DNA of 64,000 bases. Origin: Craspedostauros australis. Lineage: Eukaryota. The position numbers and the translations under genes were made by a program. The notes under the pieces are model-generated. The model ran no database searches, was not told the DNA's origin, and saw nothing but the letters and a program-made list of their open reading frames with translations. The stretch covers positions 1 through 64,000 of the forward strand of contig JALAGF010004522.1 of the NCBI GenBank assembly GCA_030167865.1, read 5' to 3'. Below are positions 56,901-64,000 of the stretch, piece after piece. Position 1 is the first letter of the stretch, and every line of letters starts with the position of its first letter.

Positions 56901-59900
56901 ATCACCGTGACTAGGTTGGACGGTGGAAGTGGCGGCGTTGGAAGAAGCACCGATCTGCAGTGTGGTCGACTCTGGACCAGGTCTGGTGTTGGCTTCGTTG
57001 TTATGGGAGGCATCCTCGATAGCAGCTGCAGTCTCAGTCACAGCTGCGTCGTTTGGCGTAGAGTCGCCACCGTCTGTGCCTGCTGAGGCACCCGTTGCAG
57101 CCACGCCCGCGACGGCCACGATAGCAGCAGCAGTAGTTGCGGCTGCTGCTGCTTCGAGTGCGTTTGCGTTTGCGTTTGCGTGTGCCGAATCAGATGTAGG
57201 AGTGGTAGATCCATCATTCGCATCCGCATCCTTGAGTCCGACGACGTCATCGGTATCATCCACGTCGGCAAAGACATCATCTGCGATTGTGGAAGATGCC
57301 GGCATGCGGAGCGCAGCAGAGCGGTCGGCCATGGATGCGGCCATCCCAAGGTTGGCGGCCACCTCCGTGATGTCTTCGTAGTCGTTGGTCAGGACACTCT
57401 CTGCGACTGCGACGGACTTGTTGTCGGTGTGGTTGCTGTCGATGATTGGTGTTTCGTTGGCGTGACTTGACGGAACCATATCCGCGTTCGTTGTCACGTC
57501 GCCGACTACCTGTTTGTCACGAGCACTTTGTTCTGTTACCTCCTTCTCTGCGCTCGTTGGAGCGGGACCAGTTGACAGTGGTGGTGTTGGAGGCGAGTTG
57601 TTGGTGACGCTGCTGTTGCGGCCTCCGACGTGATTCTCAGCTGTCGGTGCTTTCGTAAATGCTGCGATCGATGCCGCCGTGGCAGTGGTGGTGGCTGTGG
57701 CGACCATCGCACGCTGTTTCACCTCTCGGTCGGCGGTGTTTTGCGTCTTTCGAACCGCGCCGTCAGCTCCGCTCCCGCGTTTGTTGTTGGGTGTCGAGCC
57801 TTGCACATCGGAAACAGCTGGGGTTGTTGGGGTGAAGACGAGGCCTGCCTCCTGCACTGTCGTCGAGTTAGGCGTGAGTTGAGGACCGTTACGATGGACC
57901 ACCTCCACTCCTGTGTTGATCGACAGGGAACCAGCGGTGGCTGCCTGCGGAGACCGTGCCAAGGCTTCTTGTTGCATATCACCTTTCTTAAGTTGACTTG
58001 CACGGGCGGCACCACTTGTCAGGCCGGCTGCGGCTGCAGTGGCGGCCACTGCCATGGCACCACCGACTTGATTGCTTTCAACCTCCTGCTGCTGTGGCAC
58101 CTCGTGTTGTTGTTGTTGTTGTTGTTGTTGATGCTGCTGGGCTGCCAACGCCGTTGCATCCTCGAAGGTGTTGAGGCTGTACTCGAGCGACAAGCCAGTC
58201 TCATCGTCTTCCAGCAATGATCGGACGACCGTGTTCATTGCTGTGGTTGATGATGGTGACATGGCCGCATTGCGTTTCATGGCCTTCTCTTCAGAATCGG
58301 ATGAGACGGCCATGTTGACGGACGGCTTGGTGCTGGACATCCCGGCTGTTGCAATTGTTATGGTCGCACCACCACCTGTCGCAAGTGCTACGGCGCGGTT
58401 CAAGCCTGCATCATCCTCGCCGGTTGCGCCGTTGGCCGAGTTGCTGGTGATTGTGGCGTCGGTGAGGTTGCCTTGTGCACTACCGTCAGTGGTTTCCTCC
58501 TGCGGTGGTGCCTTGCCGCCGTCAGTGGTCGTAATCTCGATGGGGATGGGCCTTGGTGCGATGCTGAAGAAATCCCGGACGCCGGAAGGGAAACGATCCT
58601 GATTGTCACGGATGGATCCCAGCGTGGAGACGCCGTCCCATCGGTCCGTGTCCTCGTCCTCGATGTCGGTGTTTGGCATGTTGACCAAACGGGCGTTGTC
58701 GGCATGGATCTCGGCGGCCAAAGCCATGACGCGCGCACGCGTCTCTGGGTCGGATTCGATCTCCACAGGCCTGGTCTCGCAAATCTTGTCCGCTTCCTTT
58801 TCGTCGGAGTTCTCTCGGATGGTGTCGAGGAGCGAGAAGAGACCGCAGGCCAGGAAGCCACCGGCAGTGGTGCTTGCTCTTGAACCCTTCGATTTGGCCG
58901 CCTTTGCTCTCTCTTCAGCCTGCGCCCGTTCTCGTTGCTGCCGTTGTTCTTTCTGCACTTGCTCCTGTTGCTGCTGTCTGAGCTCGGATCGAGATGATGG
59001 TGACCTGACTGGTGACCTGATTGGTGAACGCGGGTGGTTGTTCGGGGTCTCCTTCAGAGGTTGGTCGTTCGTGTTTGCTGTGCTGACACTCAGTTGCTTG
59101 TGATTGCGAGAAGAACTGGCTGGAGCCTTGAAGCTGGCGTCATCCTTCGACTCGTCCACGCCGCGGCCTTGGCCATATCTGGATTGGTCGTCGTCTGTGG
59201 TCAGTCGATCTTCATTCTGCTCCCTACCTTGGGTGGGTTCGTCCGGTGATTGCTCATCGACGACGAACGAATGCTCGCCATGAGACGAGAGCTTATGCAC
59301 CACCTCGATGGAGTCGTCGAGGCAGAGCTGGTTGCTTGAGGAAGCCATCTCAATCTCGTCTGCCTGGCTCTGTTTCGGGGACAGAGCATGGTTGGAGGCT
59401 GTTTTCTTCACATGCTGCGACTGCTTCTTGGAAAATGATTTGGTTCCTGATCCAGCGGCAGCGAGAAGCGGAGCGGCCGTTGGAGAGGATGGATCCGCGA
59501 ACAGATTCGTCGCTGCGGGTTTGTCCTCGCTGATCTCGTTGACCATGGCGTTGATGGATGGTTCCTTTGAGGCGATGGTGTTCTCCAGTGCCCTTACGAT
59601 GGACTCCACCGCGATCTTTTGCGTGAACCGACGGAAGGAGTTGTCTTCGTCGTCCATGAGATCGGACTTGGCAACGCTCGTGGATTCCTCGTCCGTTTTG
59701 GCAGAAGCGCTGTCGCCGTCATCATCGTCATTATCATCGTTGTTCTCGATGACATCGACGATGTTCTGGACTGCCAGCTTGCTTGTGTTGTTGACGGTGG
59801 TGGCATTGTTGTTTTCCTGCGTCGCGGCAACGTCCGTGGTATTGAGCCCAGGATGTTCGGTCGCACCATGTCTCTCTTCGGCTTCTCCTGCATCGCGAGT

Positions 59901-60410
59901 ATCGTTCAGCTTCTGCTCGTCACGATCTTCGCAGTTGTCATCCTCCCGCGTTGCGTTGATGTTCGTGTTGCTGTCGTCTCTGACGGTGCTGAGGCCAACA
60001 CTTGGCACGGTGAACCGTGGTGATGCCTGCCTCATTGGAGACGAAGTCATCGCAGAGACCGGCATCGCGTACGACATTCTCTGATGCTGCACTTGCTTGT
60101 TACCGCGCAGGGCCGTTGCTGCCGAGGCAACGGTGGAAGGCGTGGTGGGCCGTTCCCTCATTTTGTGCAGCACGGACTGAAGCTTCGATGATCTGCGGTT
60201 GGCACTGTCACAGGAGTCTTGCGATGCGGTGTAATGCGCCGGGAGGGACATCATGGATTCGGCCGGAGATGATGTCTTGGCGCGCGACACCGACATGCTG
60301 GATGGGTCGATATGATGCGATGTTGTGGAAGCGCTGGACGTGGTTCCATGACCACCGGTTGCGGAGGAGGCTGACGACGGGAGCGGCAGGCCGCCGCCTC
60401 TTCGCACCAT
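50928..60410 (-). CDS. Giant (3160 aa) intronless, largely disordered S/T/A/D-rich protein with coiled-coil segments
   Basis: A 9483-nt uninterrupted ORF with low-complexity composition. Charged helical region EEAEFLREKERKSHLRKQKVLKKKLEKQKKEIEMMQRL. No signal peptide and no recognisable globular domain. Confidence 0.88.
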   Translation of the reverse strand: MVRRGGGLPLPSSASSATGGHGTTSSASTTSHHIDPSSMSVSRAKTSSPAESMMSLPAHYTASQDSCDSANRRSSKLQSVLHKMRERPTTPSTVASAATALRGNKQVQHQRMSYAMPVSAMTSSPMRQASPRFTVPSVGLSTVRDDSNTNINATREDDNCEDRDEQKLNDTRDAGEAEERHGATEHPGLNTTDVAATQENNNATTVNNTSKLAVQNIVDVIENNDDNDDDDGDSASAKTDEESTSVAKSDLMDDEDNSFRRFTQKIAVESIVRALENTIASKEPSINAMVNEISEDKPAATNLFADPSSPTAAPLLAAAGSGTKSFSKKQSQHVKKTASNHALSPKQSQADEIEMASSSNQLCLDDSIEVVHKLSSHGEHSFVVDEQSPDEPTQGREQNEDRLTTDDDQSRYGQGRGVDESKDDASFKAPASSSRNHKQLSVSTANTNDQPLKETPNNHPRSPIRSPVRSPSSRSELRQQQQEQVQKEQRQQRERAQAEERAKAAKSKGSRASTTAGGFLACGLFSLLDTIRENSDEKEADKICETRPVEIESDPETRARVMALAAEIHADNARLVNMPNTDIEDEDTDRWDGVSTLGSIRDNQDRFPSGVRDFFSIAPRPIPIEITTTDGGKAPPQEETTDGSAQGNLTDATITSNSANGATGEDDAGLNRAVALATGGGATITIATAGMSSTKPSVNMAVSSDSEEKAMKRNAAMSPSSTTAMNTVVRSLLEDDETGLSLEYSLNTFEDATALAAQQHQQQQQQQQHEVPQQQEVESNQVGGAMAVAATAAAAGLTSGAARASQLKKGDMQQEALARSPQAATAGSLSINTGVEVVHRNGPQLTPNSTTVQEAGLVFTPTTPAVSDVQGSTPNNKRGSGADGAVRKTQNTADREVKQRAMVATATTTATAASIAAFTKAPTAENHVGGRNSSVTNNSPPTPPLSTGPAPTSAEKEVTEQSARDKQVVGDVTTNADMVPSSHANETPIIDSNHTDNKSVAVAESVLTNDYEDITEVAANLGMAASMADRSAALRMPASSTIADDVFADVDDTDDVVGLKDADANDGSTTPTSDSAHANANANALEAAAAATTAAAIVAVAGVAATGASAGTDGGDSTPNDAAVTETAAAIEDASHNNEANTRPGPESTTLQIGASSNAATSTVQPSHGDDNNPDVIDLTAASDDSPSNTSSTGTPPSPSMATKGPSSTRSLPTTIRNSPRVIRSPSKKDGAVGSMVAKFETQSTPSAVKRRAFTFTKASSNRKFSANKSPSTPSSTTLQKQPSQASTSQASVKPPTPMTSTPTAAAAAADSELAIALSLSSDSMTLKSMKDDEGDEDEDEGSAANTQNSLRSLPLPVRQAPSTTSSTMAVASAARSTGSATSAPGPAPAKGLLAELKTFVKSDKLATPSKNGTDSDASMTPSSSKAKQQQAARRSFSSAKQQMDGEPVGHQAALRAQIMKFQERKKRRSLDTVGSSPASTIAGGSSAVDAVSMSGAPALDDGSISTNNVRGDGSRMPRIIPRCSTRSSSLSPAPRSTSISVSSMAASLSASPRRSRPELDRVMLSRVGSGSDSMNGASRGARSRSLPPSGSGSTTSNSTKRSALAVNAPVGGRKIAEGYIHALTKKNQNKKQSSGFAQMYVDNITRKGGDDEARSCAPPRSSSPMTRPPSTPKKKGTFSSPLEKVQLKKVGTAATSKTGTCTTASSPSKSSSKSSSKALSIPKVVNVKSVNTVALAGKLLLKSNDAAKSNGGAAAKARENTTVFTKTTAATSSTAATAAASAESTEGATTGIIAGSIAVGGAVGVAAAVTAASASKPDSAVEATSSNNPPGLPLDADSVSQQKINASTSNSTKSQSVFAKKPPASPGTATASKPNIPLIRKTKSASSQSQSQSMKVPRVITPMIPQHSRTPRSSSSPSKRSAKDAPTTTITTNPHPRPVHSDSSISSSGSSANNKGNGNQKAPSVNKYAWRRAPPGMIDPAAELAALTDASPRTSQIRQTFEKSLFNRGDGKESATLRLIDQFESPRSKKAGKHWQKPQQIFAFASALKKGTDSSSVAGSNSNNRNGNGRITIAKGHSQGEIGTSNSFNNSNSKHGSIVFTNSNVQSISSMSQNSSNSNININATKHLMEPPANRISHSAGQQLSPIDPIVTNGPSKRGVEPEQCIANIPKNLVSTMAEQYGGRSPRGKRIGMRPASPTAAAAGLVAVGTVATMASRNRNSNNANDRTDVIVITQMEPEESIQGDEVPQLRLPDSHYPHDPIDVESIIDLTHAGSDPPTEMDDSDDVGSASADHQQHANTNGDVQHDVQNEAPAGMIVSDTSSSSSIDADELVSKIDNMVHRLIRTGRLPVSTQDDDQDDDSQNGNSEQPDEAGVAPRGLHGTSDGEAANAAGDGAKLHKRTLRRNTAELLQNLAILRSRRAQRERMQAMAMGDSVASKTPIVEDSRAAVVLANTQKGSAETMAATTGGAQRTRSSKSVQEQQGFEHDDHVNDVQDEEDADREMHEGPASSMSASNSMVAGAGTVGMVVGGDVSMLNRTMNSRSEREQHQQNTRKPPQPEQHSHRSHPEYDAASRSSGVTSSAPEYYAFPTAIATTTATPGGGGPAVATVNSNNFQRSDPPSCCVSTTSSQATNTENMFQQQQQDPPEARITASRDSGSSGLSSLQQLRQRRNSAARLIQQEAQRLMTKTAIEEAEFLREKERKSHLRKQKVLKKKLEKQKKEIEMMQRLQHQREDEERRSIQRRKQIEPMELRPPYRSHSPFALSPGGRKPEEAVETVERRRDSKSVTNRSVVSEPPMVLPTMSGQQEMVLSQREGGRTLGIELPSLHPDPSATVATSYTGMNAVVAAPAVSSSSNDQDSEREEDHGNDENVHAVSAPRTSVMDAADSSIQTGTSPILHNDQQRRSGPPRPEDIVTRRMPSRVAINNNTSKTNTSRALADATSETRSYTNSQDRHLSNAQQYHHQEHQQQQQQQYSSPAMGRGVDATPAPVKNGGSNSNSSSNRTRSSTLSSQQQKQRHQQQQQQQIESINPTMSDWEANDLKKLELLMDSKSMTTESNSNAAGALDAGARTSHIIVSGSNSDSNHAHVLDNNACYEDTTSYEGTYGSITSDSENETDTDADSDGGDTRRLERIELMIHELRARRENAKGLASHEVGM

Positions 60411-62329
60411 GATGGCCTCGGGTTGTCCTCAGGCTTGTCGGTGTCGGTGCCTGTCGTTGATGTCGAGTAGTGGGTTGCTGTGTCAGGAGAGAGAGGAAGT
60501 TGTTTTGTGGTTTGGGATTGGCTGTTCCTTTCTGTTCTGTGCTATGCACGCGTAGGACGTATGCAATGAAGAGTGTTTTGCGAGAAGCTCAGTTCGAGCG
60601 CGGAATGCACAAAAGGAAGTGCAAGAAGAGTACTCGTACCTCAATGATGATGCGATGAGTGGGCTTGCTCTGGGCTTCTTTCTGTGGCGATGTTTCGATG
60701 TGCGCTCGAGCGAGTTGTTGACGACGACTGGTTTTGGTGTTGGAGTTGGTGTTGGTGTTGGAGTTGATGGCGAGAAAGATGGTGTGCGTGTGGGAGTTGA
60801 CAACGTGCGAGGATGGCCTCCCTCTCTCCGCACCTCTGTCTTTTGATGATATCCAAGCGCAAACTTGCGGTGACACTGTACGTCAGAAGGAAGCAAGTGA
60901 GGGAGAAATGAAGGAAGTATTTGGATACTGTCTGCAAGGACGTGCACGCTGAGTTGCGCGCAATTGGTGAGAAAAAAGCACAGAGCACAGAGCACAGAAC
61001 CGCGTGCAAAACAGTTGCACGAAGACAACAACGAGTTTGTGAGCGCCGACGAGGATGTGTGTCACCCCAATTTGTCGTTTGTTTCGCCATCGCCAGACAG
61101 GAAAATCGCCAATTTGAGACGACGTGCGCGTCGCATGTGACTTGCGCGCGGCTGCGTGTGACACGGCATCCTTTCCACGAATCGCTGAAACGATGAGAAG
61201 CCGATTTGGTCTGTTGGGTCGAATTCAGATGGGTCGAAGATGTCGACTTGTAGAGATTCTTCCCATCCGTCTGACATGTGTGCGCATTCCGCTCTCCACC
61301 CATCCACAATCCGCGTTGTTTGTTCTCTTCGGCCTCCAAACGGAGAACACCAGTCTCTGTGGATTTTTGTGTTGTGGCGCCCAAAAAGGCAAAATCGGCC
61401 ACCAACCAACGAAAACCACGATGTGGGGATTGGATTCGGCAGATGCTCTCTTCCTCCTTGTGTGCGTGTGCTCTCTGTGCAAGGGGAGCAGGAAATTGTT
61501 GCGGGCATGATCCACGAGTACTGCCAAGGAAGCAACCGAACTCCCTGTTGCAAGGCCGAAGCTGTGAGAAGGGTGTGTCCAATTCCAATGGCGGAGATCG
61601 TGGCAGTGGGATGGAGAGCAGAGAATGAGGAGAGGTGCGCAGAACAAGACAGAGCAAAAGTGGAGAGGAGACCAAGACGAGTGTGAGAGTGGTATTGGTG
61701 AGAGTAGCAGCGAGAGGGGAAGTGAAGGAGCAACATCTTCCCACCAACACCCAGGACCATCCGAAAGGGTTCAGGGACGGGAGGAGGCACCTGCCGAAGT
61801 CGGCGCTCTTCGTTTCGTCCAAAAATCTGACATGCCAAACCCCAACCACCCTCGGCACAATCAGTCACAACCGTGTATTCGCCGCAGGAGTGCTTGCAAC
61901 GAAGGTTGTTGCCGTTTCCAAGGTCAGCTCAGTTGCTGCCGACACGCTGACGCCAAAACACGATCCTTGGATCTGCTCCCTCCATCGCCGTCACTATCGC
62001 CGTCACTATCACTGGCACAAACAGAGCACACGACACAAACTACACAAACTACACACACAACACACGCTACCAAGGAATTGACAATCCCGGCGACCGAAAC
62101 AGCTCGAACCTTGATGGATGCACACCCAAGTGCAGCAGAGCCGTGGATGCAGAAAGATAGCTTTGCCTTGGTGCCAGACCCTGCGAACGTAAGTCTCTTC
62201 GCGGCTCCTGCAATTGCCGCTTCGAAACCCGTGACAGAATCAGTCAAAGAACCTGCCAGCATCATCGCGCAGCATCAATTCGACTCTTCCTGCCATCCTC
62301 TGTCCCGTAACAAGCACCGTCCACAACGA

Positions 62330-62333
<4 letters not shown>

Positions 62334-62367
<34 letters not shown>
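62334..62367. repeat. (CAG)n microsatellite upstream of and in frame with POP
   Basis: About 11 consecutive cag units. Confidence 0.9.
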
Positions 62368-62369
<2 letters not shown>

Positions 62370-62611
62370 GGGGACACTCGCACCAGTCGCCACCCAGACG
62401 CACCATCACGCCGTCATTCCTGTCTGTAAATCTGCATCGATACATCTTCGCTTGCCTTTGCGTTGGTCTGCATCTGCGCGGTCTGGTGCCAACAGCAGCA
62501 GCTTTTGCGACCGCGTTCCCGTTCGCTCGCAACACACCCTCTCCAAACTGCGCCGTTGCTTGGGACAGCAGCGATAGCACCAATCAAAACGCCAACATCG
62601 AAATAGCAACG

Positions 62612-64000
62612 ATGCTGTCTCATGCGAGACGCACAACTGTGCTGCGCAACGTCAGGCACCCAGGGTGCAAGTCCAGGGGATCGCGATCTGCATGTGGTCC
62701 GTTGCACCTTCTTCCGCAGCTGTCATCGCATTCACAAACATGCGCGGGCACCCATGGACTTGGAAGCACTCGTGCACAGGCGACATCATTCCTGGAACCG
62801 TTGTCGGCGCAAATCAGCAGGAGAGGCAATTTGACTGGAACCAGACAGCATTCACGATCAGCACTTGCCGCGGCGAGGGCACCATCGTCCTCTTCATCTC
62901 TCAGCAGCTGCAGCAGCAGCGGCAACAACTTTGGTTGGGGTTCCAACAACCACCACCGCCATCATCATTATCAACAGCAGAAACAGCAGCAGCATCAACG
63001 GCAACATAGACAGCAGTCAATCCAATCGCGCTCTATTTACACGGTCGGACATGACCCGCAATTTAGCAGACTGCAGAAACGGTGGGAATCATCGCTCAAA
63101 ACAGCCTCCATGTCACCTGATAAAGTAGTTCTTGAGCACGATGATGCAACGGATCATGCCAAGTCTCCAGAGACGACGGCCTCCAACGGAGAAGTTGAGC
63201 CGAAGGTACCACCAGTCAATGGAGCAGGCACAAATGGCGCCGTGCCGATGACAACAGAAGAAGATGAACTGCTCGAAGGCCTCACCAGCCGCCCTGTGCC
63301 AGGTGGGAACTGGAACGTGAAAGACCCACTCGGTTGGGCCAAGGATTTTGGCGGCAGGTCTCCAGAATACGAAGCGGAGCTGCAGCAAAAGATCAAGCTC
63401 AAGGACGGCGACGAAGGGTACTTCGATGTCAAGGGCGTCAAGGTGGACAAAATCACCATCGTGCGGACAAAGGAGCAGGCAGCCAAAGTCATGAAGGTCC
63501 TGATGGACGCAGATACCTCCATCTTCCACGCCTGCGATACGGAGGTCATGGATATCGATCTCAAGACCGTCGGTCCTGTCGGCAACGGATACGTTACATG
63601 CGCCAGCGTCTACTCGGGTCCAACCTTCGACTACGGTCTCGGCGATGGGCCAGGCACCATGCTGTGGATCGACAACCTCGATGACGCATGCGGCATCCTG
63701 CAGGAATTTAAGCCGTGGTTCGAGGACCACACCAAGCTCAAGGTGTGGCACAACTACGGCTTCGATCGCCATGTCATGTGGAACGAGGGCATCAACTGCC
63801 TTGGCTTCGGTGGAGACACCATGCACATGGCGCGCCTGCAAGACACGGCCCGGAATTCCAACGGACGAGGCGGCTACAGCCTAGAGTCCCTGACGAAGGA
63901 ACTTCTGGAGGAATTCAAGACGCCCATGAAGGAGCTCTTCGGAGTGCCGAGGAAAAGGAAGGATGGTTCCGACGGCAGCATCAAGGATATACCGCCCATC
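62612..64000 (+). CDS. POP: Plant/protist organellar DNA polymerase (POP, family A): N-terminus and 3'-5' exonuclease domain, truncated at the right edge
   Basis: Manual translation gives IFHACDTEVMDIDLKTVGPVGNGYVTCASVYSGP, LWIDNLD, KVWHNYGFDRHV, GFGGDTMHMARL, GGYSLESLT and MKELFG...RKDGSDG. The frame is open from 61568 to the window end. The start is uncertain; the ATG at 62612 gives MLSHARRTTVLRNVR. Confidence 0.93.
   Translation, partial: MLSHARRTTVLRNVRHPGCKSRGSRSACGPLHLLPQLSSHSQTCAGTHGLGSTRAQATSFLEPLSAQISRRGNLTGTRQHSRSALAAARAPSSSSSLSSCSSSGNNFGWGSNNHHRHHHYQQQKQQQHQRQHRQQSIQSRSIYTVGHDPQFSRLQKRWESSLKTASMSPDKVVLEHDDATDHAKSPETTASNGEVEPKVPPVNGAGTNGAVPMTTEEDELLEGLTSRPVPGGNWNVKDPLGWAKDFGGRSPEYEAELQQKIKLKDGDEGYFDVKGVKVDKITIVRTKEQAAKVMKVLMDADTSIFHACDTEVMDIDLKTVGPVGNGYVTCASVYSGPTFDYGLGDGPGTMLWIDNLDDACGILQEFKPWFEDHTKLKVWHNYGFDRHVMWNEGINCLGFGGDTMHMARLQDTARNSNGRGGYSLESLTKELLEEFKTPMKELFGVPRKRKDGSDGSIKDIPPI

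Noticed and set aside
60483..61868. 405-aa and 268-aa minus-strand ORFs upstream of the giant gene
   Set aside because: The composition is not protein-like, and the region is most simply the divergent promoter/UTR between the giant gene and POP.

Overview
Eukaryotic nuclear DNA, most likely from a diatom. This is inferred from short GT-AG introns, bipartite plastid presequences with ASAFAP-type cleavage motifs, a fused DHFR-TS, an HSF and a plant/protist-type organellar DNA polymerase. About 20 protein-coding genes can be supported. In order: a long ankyrin-repeat gene truncated at the left edge and missed by the ORF track; a 5-exon PrsW-like membrane protein; DHFR-TS; actin capping protein beta; a plastid LCM-family methyltransferase; a plastid YqaJ/lambda-exonuclease-like nuclease; adrenodoxin reductase; a Q-rich putative Zn-binding nuclear protein; a type I membrane protein; a Tat-targeted thylakoid protein with a winged-helix-like C-terminus; a class III aminotransferase; a GEP4-like PGP phosphatase; two small signal-peptide proteins; HSF; a DUF1769 protein; CPN20; homoserine O-acetyltransferase; a 3160-aa intronless disordered protein; and the 5' part of organellar DNA polymerase POP, truncated at the right edge. 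I could not support any rRNA, intact tRNA, CRISPR array or transposon. The best leads are candidate plastid DNA-maintenance components (membrane-anchored winged-helix protein, plastid YqaJ nuclease, possible CUG-initiated dual targeting of POP), a capping protein beta with extra WH2-like motifs, a possible splice-dependent N-terminal extension of DHFR-TS, and a recently expanded ankyrin array that varies at binding-surface positions. All family assignments come from motif recognition by eye; no database searches were run.
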